DNA of 25,766 bases, taken from the IMG/VR virus record IMGVR_UViG_3300038530_000849, positions 1 to 25,766 of that record; one strand, given 5' to 3'. Positions 7,121 through 17,900 of the stretch are shown one piece after another. The notes beneath the pieces are model-generated. The model was not told the DNA's origin, did not search any database, and saw only the letters and a program-made list of their open reading frames with translations. The translations under genes were made by a program, and so were the position numbers. The stretch is from a virus. Taxonomy: Duplodnaviria; Caudoviricetes. Each line of letters starts with the position of its first letter. The first letter of the stretch is position 1.

Positions 7121-7979
7121 AGAAGAAGTAGTAGAGTCTACTGAAGAAGTAGTTGAAGAAGTCGCAGAAGAAACTCCAGTTGAAGAATCATCAGGATCAT
7201 TTGTTGATAATATGTTATCACAAATTGATAATGAAGATATTAAATCAGCAGGATTTTGGAAAAACCTGGAAGGTAAAGATGCTAACGAAGTTGGAATGTA
7301 TATTAAAGAACTTCAGAGCTTTGCAGGTAAAAAAGGTGATATTCCAAAGTCAGATGCTTCGCAAGAAGAGTGGGATGCTTTTTATAATAAACTGGGTAGA
7401 CCTGAAGATGTCGACGGCTATGATTTTACCATTGGTGATGAGTTTACTAAAGTGGTTGGAGAAGAGTCAGCACCTTTCTTTGAAGATGCAGTTGAAGAGT
7501 TTAAAAAAGAAATCTTTAAAATAGGTGCAAGTGCAGATCAAGCTGAAAATTTAGTTGATTGGTATTTAGGGTTTGTAGCTAATAGCATTGAAGAAGACAA
7601 TAAAGCTGTTGAAGAAAATATGCAAGCTATGGAAGCTGAACTTCGTAAAGAATGGGGTGACAGTTATGATGGCATGATGAATGGTATTGAAGTTATGCTT
7701 GAAGCTAATGGTATGCCAAAAGAAAATATTGAGTTTGCAAAAGAAGCTGGTTTATTAAAAGACCCATCATTTGCAGTTGCATTAGGAAGAATAGCTACTA
7801 AATTTGGAGATGATCCGGAAATAGGACATCATCAAACTAATACTATGGCAGGTGTTCGTGACCAACTATTTGATGTTGAACAAGAAGTTAAAGAATATCT
7901 TAAAACAGGTAAACCAATTCCTAAACATATATCAGACAAACGTATGGACCTAATGAATAAGTTAGGTGAAAATTTGTAA
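7113..7979 (+). CDS. capsid scaffolding/assembly protein
   Basis: Very acidic N-terminus, EEWDAFYNKLGRPE and LRKEWG motifs, immediately upstream of MCP; SD GAGGAGG. Confidence 0.85.
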   Translation: MSEEEVVESTEEVVEEVAEETPVEESSGSFVDNMLSQIDNEDIKSAGFWKNLEGKDANEVGMYIKELQSFAGKKGDIPKSDASQEEWDAFYNKLGRPEDVDGYDFTIGDEFTKVVGEESAPFFEDAVEEFKKEIFKIGASADQAENLVDWYLGFVANSIEEDNKAVEENMQAMEAELRKEWGDSYDGMMNGIEVMLEANGMPKENIEFAKEAGLLKDPSFAVALGRIATKFGDDPEIGHHQTNTMAGVRDQLFDVEQEVKEYLKTGKPIPKHISDKRMDLMNKLGENL

Positions 7980-8031
7980 AGTTTTGTCTTGACATATATA
8001 AGTAGCATATAGTAATTATTTTTTTAACGAA

Positions 8032-8121
8032 AGAGATAACCTATTTTTAGACCTCTGTAAGTTAGCGTCAACCCAGACGTAAACTGGCAGGCAAGACCTC
8101 CTTTTGGAGATAATCAGAGCC
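8032..8121 (+). ncRNA. candidate structured cis-regulatory leader of the major capsid gene
   Basis: Two hairpins sharing a GATAAYC/GACC internal loop and a central CCAG/CTGG stem with possible pseudoknot. Confidence 0.5.
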
Positions 8122-8171
8122 GATTAGTCGTGTAAATTAATTAGCCAATTATTTAAAAAAGGAGATATAAA

Positions 8172-9158
8172 ATGGCTTCAACTAGTATAACAACTGCATT
8201 CGTAAAGCAGTATGGTGCTACTCTAGATTTACTTACTCAAACAATCGGTGGTAAATTTAAAGGCACTCACCTCGAAGAATCTATCGAAGGTGAAGAAAAA
8301 TATTACGATCAGTTAGGATCAGTTATTGCTGACGAGGTTACTTCTCGCTATGCTGATTCTCCTGAAAATGACATATCTCACGACAGACGTAGAGTAGTTG
8401 CTACTGCGTATGACGTTGGATTAATGTTAGATAAGTTCGATAAAGTTCAAATGCTTGTAAATCCTGAATCAGAATATGTTCAGCAACAAGTAACTGCACT
8501 TATGCGTAAGTATGACATTGAGTTCTTAAAAGGATTATTTGGTACTGCACAAACTGGTAAAACAGGAAGTGGTACTGCATCTTTAGCTGCTGCTAATAAA
8601 ATTGCTCACAACAACGAAGGTCTTACTATTGATAAGATTGCTGAAGCAAGAGAGATTATGGAAACTAATGGTGTTGATCTTTCTGATCCATTAAACAAAC
8701 CATATCTTGCTGTTAGTCCTAAAGCTTTACAAGACTTATTGACTAACACAACTGTTGCTTCTATTGACTTCAATAATATTAAGTCTTTAGTTAGTGGTGA
8801 TATGAATACATTCTTTGGATTCGAAATCATCAAGTCTAATCAGCTTCCATTTGTAAATGATGCAAATGATGCTGACGGAACAAACCATATCGCAAACCTT
8901 TCTTGGGGAGCATCTGACGATCTTCCTGTTGCAGCAAGTGGTGGATCAACTACTGCTGGTAAGAGAGCTTGTGTTGCATATACTCGTTCTGCCGTACGTC
9001 AAGTTACTAATCCTCAAATTATGACAGAGATTAGCAAGCGTGACGATAAGAGATTTAACTACTATGCTTACTCTTGCATGAGAACAGGTGCTGTTCGTAT
9101 GGAAGAAAAGAAAGTTGTTCAAATCGGTGTCAAAGAATCAGGTGCTAACGCAGGTTAA
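8172..9158 (+). CDS. major capsid protein
   Basis: 328 aa; ITTAFVKQY N-terminus, HDRRRV, FFGFEIIKSNQLP, GAVRMEEKKVVQI C-terminus; strong SD AAGGAG; follows scaffold. Confidence 0.92.
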   Translation: MASTSITTAFVKQYGATLDLLTQTIGGKFKGTHLEESIEGEEKYYDQLGSVIADEVTSRYADSPENDISHDRRRVVATAYDVGLMLDKFDKVQMLVNPESEYVQQQVTALMRKYDIEFLKGLFGTAQTGKTGSGTASLAAANKIAHNNEGLTIDKIAEAREIMETNGVDLSDPLNKPYLAVSPKALQDLLTNTTVASIDFNNIKSLVSGDMNTFFGFEIIKSNQLPFVNDANDADGTNHIANLSWGASDDLPVAASGGSTTAGKRACVAYTRSAVRQVTNPQIMTEISKRDDKRFNYYAYSCMRTGAVRMEEKKVVQIGVKESGANAG

Positions 9159-9171
9159 GGAGGATAATTAG

Positions 9172-9639
9172 ATGGCAACAAATTCAACACAGATTACTGA
9201 AGTATATGGGTCTAATACATCCATTACTGCAAGTACAGCCAAAGATGGCACACAAAAGTTGTTTGACTCAAACACTAATGCAGTTGAAGTTAAAACTGCA
9301 AAGTTTGACTTTGTATCAGCTGCTGCTGCTCAAGACACATTCAACTTAACAGTATTACCACAAGGTGCAGTTGTTCTTAATGCAACTTTACAAACTAGTG
9401 GTGCTTTAGGTAGCGATAGTAGTACAAGAATCAATTTCTTTATTGATGATGTACAAATCGGAACACACGATTCTATCGGTGCTATAAACTCTGGTGCTGT
9501 TCAAAAACACACAGGGTGGGATCAAGCACCTGTAGCTGCTACAGGCATAGGTCTTGTAACTGCTGTAGTAAGTGACTCAAATACAGTAAGTGGATCAATC
9601 ACTTGTACTGGTCAAATCTTTTACTACGTTGGTGTATAA
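9172..9639 (+). CDS. putative capsid decoration/cement protein
   Basis: 155 aa beta-rich, LPQGAVV motif, directly after MCP with strong SD AAGGAGG and before terminator. Confidence 0.6.
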   Translation: MATNSTQITEVYGSNTSITASTAKDGTQKLFDSNTNAVEVKTAKFDFVSAAAAQDTFNLTVLPQGAVVLNATLQTSGALGSDSSTRINFFIDDVQIGTHDSIGAINSGAVQKHTGWDQAPVAATGIGLVTAVVSDSNTVSGSITCTGQIFYYVGV

Positions 9640-9651
9640 CAAGTAATATCA

Positions 9652-9698
9652 GGTGGCATCTAACTACCTTCTCGGTTAGTATAAGTCCACCATTTTTT
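9652..9698 (+). terminator. interrupted hairpin plus U-tract after the capsid genes
   Basis: GGTGG/CCACC outer stem, CTAACT/GGTTAG inner stem, loop ACCTTCTC, followed by ATTTTTT. Confidence 0.55.
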
Positions 9699-9708
9699 AA
9701 GGATAAAT

Positions 9709-10329
9709 ATGGCATTAGGTAAAATAGAAATATGTAATCATGCACTTCTTAAAGTAGGTGCAGACACAATCGCTTCACTTGATGTTTCACAAGCCACAGA
9801 TGATGGCGTTATTTTTTCTGCAAAACTTTGTAACATTCTTTTTGATCAAGCATTGGTTGAAACATTACGAAGTTATAATTGGAACTCTGCAACTAAACGA
9901 GTTCAGCTTACCAGGTTAGCAGAAGCACCCGCTTTTAAATATCAATATAAATATGCGTTACCTATAGATTATGTTAGATTAATTAATCTGTATGCGTCTA
10001 CAGAAGCATATGATGACACAACAGAATGGTCCATAGAATCAGGAGAAGTATTAACAGATTATGATGCTGCATATCTTAAATATGTAGCTAAACCGGAAGA
10101 TGTTAGTGTGTTAGACCCATTAGCACAACAAGCAGTTATATGTAATCTAGCTATGAAACTTGCTGTGCCTATGCATTTAGATGAAAAACTTAAAAATAAT
10201 TTATTGACAGAATTACAAACAATCATACTACCTGCTGCTCGTAGTATCGATACAATAGAAAACAAAAATTGGGACAACGAAGAAAGCAATTTTCTAGTAT
10301 CAAGAAACTACAGTTCACCAATAATATAG
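9709..10329 (+). CDS. tail tubular protein A / head-tail adaptor (T7 gp11-like)
   Basis: IEICNHALLKVGA N-terminus, WNSA.KR, Y.LP.DY.R motifs; synteny. Confidence 0.85.
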   Translation: MALGKIEICNHALLKVGADTIASLDVSQATDDGVIFSAKLCNILFDQALVETLRSYNWNSATKRVQLTRLAEAPAFKYQYKYALPIDYVRLINLYASTEAYDDTTEWSIESGEVLTDYDAAYLKYVAKPEDVSVLDPLAQQAVICNLAMKLAVPMHLDEKLKNNLLTELQTIILPAARSIDTIENKNWDNEESNFLVSRNYSSPII

Positions 10330-10338
10330 GAGATAATC

Positions 10339-12648
10339 TTGGCTATAAGTTATATACAAGCATTTAACTCTGGTGAACTATCAAGAAAAATGGATGGTCG
10401 TTCTGACCTAGAAATGTACAAGACTGGTTGTCGTGATTTAGATAATTTTTATGTACTATCACAAGGTGGAGTAGAAAGACGTAGTGGTACAGAGTTTATT
10501 GCTAAAACAAAAGGAGTAAGTAGTGCTGGTGATAAAGCTGTAAAACTTATACCTTTTGATTTTTCTGCTGATACTAATTATATTGTTGAAGTAGGTATTG
10601 GGTATATTCGAGTATATAATTCTGATGGTACTCAAGTATCAGATAGTGATGTTACAGGTACAGTACCATATACAGAAAGTGATTTAGCTGATATACAAGC
10701 GATTAGACGATTTGATACATTAATATTAACACATCCAAACCATGAGCCAATTAAATTAGTTCGTGCTACTATTGCACCTACATTTACTGTTGAAGAAGTA
10801 TCTTTTGTATATCCACCAGTTATGGACCAAAACATTACTGCAACTACATTAGCTATAAGTAACGCAGCAGTTGGTACAGGTAAAACTCTTACAGCTTCTA
10901 CTAATTTATTTCATACAAATCACGAAGGATCAACTTGGGCAATAGATCATGTAAGAACACCTGCACAAAAAACAGTAACAGGTGAATCTACTGCAGTAGG
11001 AGAAACATCATCATCAACATTAGATGTTAGTTTTAGTACATGGAATGTGCAAACAGATGGTACGTTTTTAGGGTCAGTAAAAATACAACGAGATAAAAAT
11101 GATGGAGCTGGATTTTTAGATTACATTGTACTTGGTGATACTACAGGTGGTACAGCAAGAAACTTTAGTTACTCAACACCTATAGCAGAAGATGGTAATA
11201 CACAAATAAAATTAGTGCATGATTTAGATAATAGTAATCCTGGTAAAATTTTATATGAAATACAAGCTGATGAAAACTTTACAAAGGGATTAGTAAAAAT
11301 TACTACTAGAGGTGGTAGTCCTAATACTGATGGATTATCTACTACAGCAACAGTAGAAGTACTATCACCGCTAGGTGGTACAGGTACAACAACTACTTGG
11401 AATGAAGCAGCATTTTCAAACTTTAGAAAATTTCCTGCAGCAGCAGAATTTTATCAAAACAGATTATTTTTTACAGGATCAGAAGATGAGCCATCAACTA
11501 TCTTTGGGTCTATATCAGGAGATATATTTAACTTTTTACCTGGTGCTACATCAGATATGGCCATCAAACGAACAGTTGATAGTCCTGAAAAAGCACAATA
11601 TTTAATTGCTAAAAGAGATTTGTTTATGGGTACAGATGGAGGAACAGTATCTGTTAAGTCTGTAAACCAAGATGCTTTGATTACTGCATCTAATATTAAT
11701 ACACAAGTAGAAAATTCATATGGGTCTGCTAAAGTACAACCAGTAGTAGCAAATGATGTAGTTGTATATGTACAACGTAATGGATTAAAATTAAGAGAAC
11801 TTATATATAGTAGAGAAGCAGATGTATTTGTTGCTAATGATTTAAATGTATTAAGTGAAGATATAACCGGTACAGGTATAAAAGAATTGTTTGTACAAAA
11901 AAATCCTGAACAGATTATATGGTGTATAAAAGAAGATGGTACTGCGTGTATACTTACTTATGATCGTATGCAAAAACTTATGGGTTGGGCAAACATTATT
12001 ACTACAGGTACAATAGTTAGTGGGGCTACTATACCAGCAAGTGGAGAGGATTTAGTATATCTTTGTGTTAATCGTGGTACAACTGATTCTCCAATATTTT
12101 GTATTGAAAAGTTTGCAACTAGGTCTAATTTAGATTTTTATGTAGATAGTGGTGTTACAGCTACAGGAACTAATATTACTTCTGTTAGTGGATTAAATCA
12201 TTTAGAAGGCAAGACAGTACAAGTAATAGCGGATGGTAACTTTCATTCAACACAAACTGTATCTAGTGGTGCTATATCTATAGATAAACAATCAAGTACA
12301 ATTATAGCAGGCCTATCTTTTACTTCAACATTACGACCTATGCCTATAGAGCCAGCACTCGTTGGAAGAAACTCACAATCAAGAGTAAAAGCAGCATCTA
12401 AAATTATAGTACGTTTTTTAAATACTAAAGGTGGAGAGGTTGGAGAACAGGGCAGACAGTTAACTAGTTTTCCAACATTAAAAACAACTGACCCTGCTGG
12501 ACAAGCAATAACAGTTAAAACTGGACAACAAAGATTTTTTGTAGGATCAGATTATGAAAGAGAAAAACTTATTGAAGTTAAACAAGATTTACCTTATCCT
12601 ATGACTGTGTTAAGTATAGCGACTAATATAGATGTGGAGGGATCGTAA
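10339..12648 (+). CDS. tail tubular protein B / nozzle (T7 gp12-like), TTG start
   Basis: FNSGELS..MDGRSDL..Y, GGVERRSGT, FYQNRLFF, GLNHLEGKTV, PYPMTVLSI motifs; SD AGGAG before TTG. Confidence 0.88.
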   Translation: MAISYIQAFNSGELSRKMDGRSDLEMYKTGCRDLDNFYVLSQGGVERRSGTEFIAKTKGVSSAGDKAVKLIPFDFSADTNYIVEVGIGYIRVYNSDGTQVSDSDVTGTVPYTESDLADIQAIRRFDTLILTHPNHEPIKLVRATIAPTFTVEEVSFVYPPVMDQNITATTLAISNAAVGTGKTLTASTNLFHTNHEGSTWAIDHVRTPAQKTVTGESTAVGETSSSTLDVSFSTWNVQTDGTFLGSVKIQRDKNDGAGFLDYIVLGDTTGGTARNFSYSTPIAEDGNTQIKLVHDLDNSNPGKILYEIQADENFTKGLVKITTRGGSPNTDGLSTTATVEVLSPLGGTGTTTTWNEAAFSNFRKFPAAAEFYQNRLFFTGSEDEPSTIFGSISGDIFNFLPGATSDMAIKRTVDSPEKAQYLIAKRDLFMGTDGGTVSVKSVNQDALITASNINTQVENSYGSAKVQPVVANDVVVYVQRNGLKLRELIYSREADVFVANDLNVLSEDITGTGIKELFVQKNPEQIIWCIKEDGTACILTYDRMQKLMGWANIITTGTIVSGATIPASGEDLVYLCVNRGTTDSPIFCIEKFATRSNLDFYVDSGVTATGTNITSVSGLNHLEGKTVQVIADGNFHSTQTVSSGAISIDKQSSTIIAGLSFTSTLRPMPIEPALVGRNSQSRVKAASKIIVRFLNTKGGEVGEQGRQLTSFPTLKTTDPAGQAITVKTGQQRFFVGSDYEREKLIEVKQDLPYPMTVLSIATNIDVEGS

Positions 12649-13136
12649 TGACATTAGCGTTAGCATTTGGAATACAAGGTACTGCATCAGTTATTGGTGG
12701 ATTGTTTGGTAGAAGTGCAGCTAAAAAGAAAGCAAAAGCAGCAAAAGCTATGGCACAATACAATGCTAATGTTGCTAGAGTTAATGCAAAATCTGAAGCA
12801 GATGCTATTGAGTTTAGTGCTAGACGTTTAGCAAAAGAACAACGTGAATTACAAGCTATGAGTCGTATGAGTGTAGCTAGTCGTGGTGGTACATTACAGG
12901 GTACAGATTTACTTTCTTATTTAAATCAAGTAGAAGAAATGCAATTAGATCAATTAGAATTACAACGACAAGCAGATATAGCTATTATAACTGGTGAGCA
13001 AAAAGCACAAGGTGCAATTTATCAAGGACAACAACAAGCAGCAATTGCTAAAGCAGAGGGTAGAGCAGCATTAGCTAAAGGACTTCTTGGTGCAGCATCA
13101 GCATATACTGGATTTAAAGTAGCAACAAAAAATTAA
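12648..13136 (+). CDS. internal virion/ejection protein (gp14-like)
   Basis: Hydrophobic G/A-rich N-terminus, A/Q-rich helices, position after nozzle. Confidence 0.7.
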   Translation: MTLALAFGIQGTASVIGGLFGRSAAKKKAKAAKAMAQYNANVARVNAKSEADAIEFSARRLAKEQRELQAMSRMSVASRGGTLQGTDLLSYLNQVEEMQLDQLELQRQADIAIITGEQKAQGAIYQGQQQAAIAKAEGRAALAKGLLGAASAYTGFKVATKN

Positions 13137-13148
13137 TAGGAAATAATT

Positions 13149-14942
13149 ATGGCTATACCATTACCAAAATATAAATCACAAGTAAGAGTATCAGGACAAG
13201 GTACAGCACAAACTATTGATCCTAGTTTAACTATTCAAGCTGCTGGTGCTGGTGATGCGTTACTTGGTGAAATTGTAGAAAAAGCTGGTGGTGTAGCATC
13301 TGAATATTTTCAAAAGAAAGCTAAATCAAAAGATGCTAAAACAGTTATTACAGCTGAAAAAGCTATAGCACAAGCAGAATTAAATATAGAAAAAGAAATA
13401 AATAAACAACTTGATGCTGGTAAAAATTATCAAGACGTTTATGAAGGTATTGTTAAAGCAGAAACTGAAACATTAAAAACAACAATAGATGGTTTAAATT
13501 TTGAGTATGGAACTGTAAAAAGAGATGTAAACAAAAAGTATGAAAACTTTAATACAAAACTTAATATTAATTCTGAAAAAGAAAAAAGAAGATTAAATAC
13601 TATTGTTAAAAATGCAGCTATATCTAATGAATATAATGGTGCTACAAATCAATATAATGTTCTTACATCAGCTTTTCGAGAGGCAATAAAAAATGCTAAA
13701 ACTGAACAAGAAATACAAGATATAACTTCATTATATGAATCTAATGTACAATCTTTACAAGATAATTTATCAGATGATAGCAATAAAAATAAATTTAAAG
13801 CATATACTGCACAAACTTCTACATTAGTTTCTACTGTTACAAAAGCAAAAACAGCTTCTTTAGAATTAGGAAAAAGTATAGATGATGTTGAACTAATCGC
13901 TGCAACAGCTCTTAATACAAATGATTATGAAAAACCTGGTCAAACTGTTACTATTGGATTTCCACCAACACCTATAGCAACAGGTCCTAATAAATCTCAA
14001 GTAATTTATTCTTTAGGCTTACAACAGTTAGTTGACCTTGATAAAATTAGTCCTGCTGAAAAAATTGAATTAGAAGCTAAATTTGAATCAAAAAAATTAT
14101 CTAATAACTTTTATATACAATTAAAACAAAATATTCCTGAAGCTGAAAAACTTTTATCAGACCCTAATTTTGATAGAAATTTAATACCATCAGCAACAAC
14201 AGCTTTATTTAATCAAAAAAATGCAATAGAAGCACAGTTTAAAACAATTCAAAACAATAATGCTAGTACATTTTTAACTAATGCTAATAAACTTCAACCA
14301 AATGTAGTAGTTGAAAATTTAGATGATATTTCTGTTATTGACCCTAATGATCCTACAAAAAGAATACCTAAAACAATAACAATAATGGGTATTGAACAAC
14401 CAGTTATTGATCAAAACAAATTAACTATAATGACTAATATATTTCGAACTTTGCGTGATCCTATTTTTATGGATGAAGATACTCGTGCTGTATATGATAA
14501 TATAATGTTTGAATTTCAATTTGCAATTGAAGGAGATGAATTTGTAACAGAAGAGTTAATGACTCTTATATCTAATCAAAAATTTAATGGAGAAATGTAT
14601 AAAGGAATTTTATCAGCAATATTATCAGATGAAAATTTAAAAGATGATTTTTCAAATAATGAAAGAACAATATTTAAAGAATTATTAGGAGCATATCCAG
14701 CATATAGTGAACAATTTGGAGCTACATTAGCTGCACAATATCATGCAAATGCTCTTCAAGAATATTATAAACACTTAGAAGATGGCACATCTTTAGATGA
14801 ATATAAACAAACAAACTCATATAAAACTTTTATAAGTGCTAAAATAAATAAAGATGTAGCTCAAAGAGCTGTAAACCCATCTAATAATGAAGAACGAAAA
14901 AATTTAGTAAATGGATATTTAAACCAAGCAAAAAAAAAGTAA
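13149..14942 (+). CDS. putative internal virion/ejection protein (gp15-like position)
   Basis: 597 aa helical protein, MAIPLPKY N-terminus, synteny only. Confidence 0.55.
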   Translation: MAIPLPKYKSQVRVSGQGTAQTIDPSLTIQAAGAGDALLGEIVEKAGGVASEYFQKKAKSKDAKTVITAEKAIAQAELNIEKEINKQLDAGKNYQDVYEGIVKAETETLKTTIDGLNFEYGTVKRDVNKKYENFNTKLNINSEKEKRRLNTIVKNAAISNEYNGATNQYNVLTSAFREAIKNAKTEQEIQDITSLYESNVQSLQDNLSDDSNKNKFKAYTAQTSTLVSTVTKAKTASLELGKSIDDVELIAATALNTNDYEKPGQTVTIGFPPTPIATGPNKSQVIYSLGLQQLVDLDKISPAEKIELEAKFESKKLSNNFYIQLKQNIPEAEKLLSDPNFDRNLIPSATTALFNQKNAIEAQFKTIQNNNASTFLTNANKLQPNVVVENLDDISVIDPNDPTKRIPKTITIMGIEQPVIDQNKLTIMTNIFRTLRDPIFMDEDTRAVYDNIMFEFQFAIEGDEFVTEELMTLISNQKFNGEMYKGILSAILSDENLKDDFSNNERTIFKELLGAYPAYSEQFGATLAAQYHANALQEYYKHLEDGTSLDEYKQTNSYKTFISAKINKDVAQRAVNPSNNEERKNLVNGYLNQAKKK

Positions 14943-14945
14943 AAA

Positions 14946-17900
14946 ATGATAGACCTTAAAACATTTACAGAAACTGCTATACAAAATAATCCGGATGCAA
15001 CAGCAGAAGATATAACAAATGCTTATAATTTATATGAAAAAGATTATAACAATGAGCAAGCAGCATATATGCAAAATCCTCCTAATCCAAAAACATCAAC
15101 ATTAACTGATATTGAAGCTTTTAATAAAACATATATAGAAAATAAAATAGGAGTAAAATTTTCTAATGATGAGCTACCAGCATACATGGGTACATATATG
15201 GGTATGCCTAATATTAGTAATGAAGAATTTTTAAATGAAATAGTTAATCTTGAATTAAATAAAGCACCTGTAAAACCTATATCTAATTTAGAAAAAGGAT
15301 TAACTGATTTTGGTGGTGAAGCTATTAATCCTGAAACATTTAGTTTGTTTAATTTACCAAGTCAAATGGATATTTTAGATTTAAATAAAGATAATATTAT
15401 AGATTATAAAGATAGACAAGCATATTATGATCAAGATTTAAGTCTTAAACAAAAAGTAATATATAATGTTGCTGATTTTATACATGATAGAACTTTAACA
15501 TATGGTTATCCTGTTACTAAATTTATAGATCAAGTACCTAGTTGGTATAGAGCTATTAAATTACAACTTGATTCAGAAAATACACCTATACCTTTACTTG
15601 ATGATATAGTTAAAGTTACTGGTGGTTTTTCTCTTTATGAAACTCAACAATTAGAAAAATATAGAGAAGAATTAAATGCAAGTGGTAATAAAAATTTTGC
15701 AGCTGCTATGGGTATAACAAAAGGAGCTACTGATACTTTATCATTTTTAAACGCATTAAGACTTGTACCAGGTGCTGGTTTTACTTATGGAACATTAGCA
15801 AAAGTACCAACTACATTAAAAAAAGGTAGTGCTGTTAAATATACTTTTGGAAACGTGCTTCGAGCATTAACTAATGGACAAAGAATAGCATTAGTATCTG
15901 CATGGACAACAGAAGGTGTAACACAAGAAGAACGATTAGATATATGGAAAATAACTACTTTATATGCTAGTACACCAGCATTATCAGGTAATGTTCCTAG
16001 TAATGTAGGTGCTAAAGGTGTTGATTTTATTCTTAATAGTTTAATATCTACTTTTAAAGAAGATGGAATATTAGATATTATAAAAAATGAAAGTTTATCA
16101 GGTGTTGAAAAATTATGGGCAGCAGGTGAACTTGTTGGTTATGATGCAGTATTTTCTGCAATGACACAAAGTTATGGAAAAACTGCTAATGCTCTTCGTG
16201 CTGATTTTCAAGCTATGGATCAATATACTAATCGGTTATCAATAGAGGCTCAACGACCAGGAACGTCTGGATTATTTAAAGATGATGGCAGTCCTCTTCG
16301 TAAATTAAGTTATGAACAATTAATAAAGTCAGGATTTTATGGAACTGATTTATCATCAGGTAGAGGAGGTGTATTTATTTTAGATAAAATTGAAACTCAA
16401 GGACTTAAAGAAATACAAAATACAAAAAATGAATTAGAAAAAGAATTAAAAAAAATACAAATTACTGAACAAAAAATTGTAGATGTAGGAAGAGATGAAA
16501 CTAAAGTTGATGAAGTTAAACCTACTGATGAAGTTAAACCTACTGATGAAGTTAAACCTACTGATGAAGTTAAGCCTGTTGATGAAACTAAAGTTGATGA
16601 GGTTAAAGAAACTAAAGTTGATGAAGTTAAAGAAACTAAAGTTGATGAAGTTATTCCTGAAAAAATATTAGATAATAAAGAAATTAAAAAAGCTGTACAA
16701 GAAACTATTCTTCAAGGAATAAAAGATAATGAATCACAACCTGTTATAGATCAAATAATTAGAGGAAATCAAAGAATAGAAGAATTATATACTGTATTAG
16801 ATGCACCAAAAGGAACTCAAGTAAAAACAGTAATAAATAAAATAAATAATATTAGGCAAAATAAACCAGCAGAAACTTTTACTATAAAAGAATATTACAA
16901 ACTTTTAGAAAAAACTAGTAAAGATGCTCTTGTAAAAGGAACTTCTGATATACAAAAACAATTTAATGAGTTTTCAAAATTTGCTGATAATAATTTACCA
17001 TATAAAACAGCTGATAGAATTAAAAAACAATTATCAAAACTTATTGAAAAAGGAACAACACCATTAAAATTTAATGAACAAGCTAGATCAATATTAGATA
17101 GAGCTACAGGACCTCAACAAAAAATAGAACAAGTTATACCTATAAAAGATATGTCTAAACGAGTAGATATGACTGAAGCTGAAATGTTGCGTGTTATTTT
17201 AAAAGAACAAGAAAAAGCTGCTACTGGTGCAAGAAAATCAACAGTAGATAAAATTGTAGCAAATCAAAAAATAGCACAAGATATTTTAAATAAAATGCCA
17301 GCAGCAACAAAAAGTAAAATGATTACTGCAATGAACAAAATTGCAAAAGCAAAAACTGATGCAACAAGAGAAAAATATTTAAATGAATTTACACAATATG
17401 CTAATAAAGTTGTTGATAATTTTTATAGATCAGAAGCATTAAGTAATTTAAATTTTGCTAAATCAGAAGCTCAAAGATTACTTAAAAGTAAAAGAGTTAA
17501 TGATGAAATAAAAAATGAAATAGAAAAAGTTATAACAGAAATAGATAGTGGTAAATTAAAAGATAGTATTGATGATCTTATTAATAAAGCAACGATACCG
17601 GAACAAATAGAGTTACTAGCTAATTTAAAATTATATACTGAATTAATTCCTGTAAAACCACAGTCAGAACTTTCTACAAAAGAATTAAACCTACAAGCTG
17701 AAATGTTAAATAGCTATGTAAGTAAAATGAGTAGAATTATTGATGATATTACAAATAATAGAAAGTCAAAAATACAAGAACAAGTAATTAAAGAAAAATC
17801 TATTATTAATCAACGCAAAGAAACTAATGAGTTTTTTGAAAAAGTAAAAGATAAATTTGATAAATTTGTAAAAACACCTTTAGTTGGATATTCAATACCT

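Noticed and set aside
6254-11605. Shadow ORFs 6254..6529, 7153..7524, 8606..8833, 10059..10289, 10632..10835, 11375..11605
   Set aside because: Nested in portal, scaffold, capsid and tail genes; no independent coding evidence
16520-16570. Repeated CTGATGA as additional hammerhead cores
   Set aside because: They arise from Thr-Asp-Glu codons in the coding tandem repeat; no GAAA/GUH core with pairing stems
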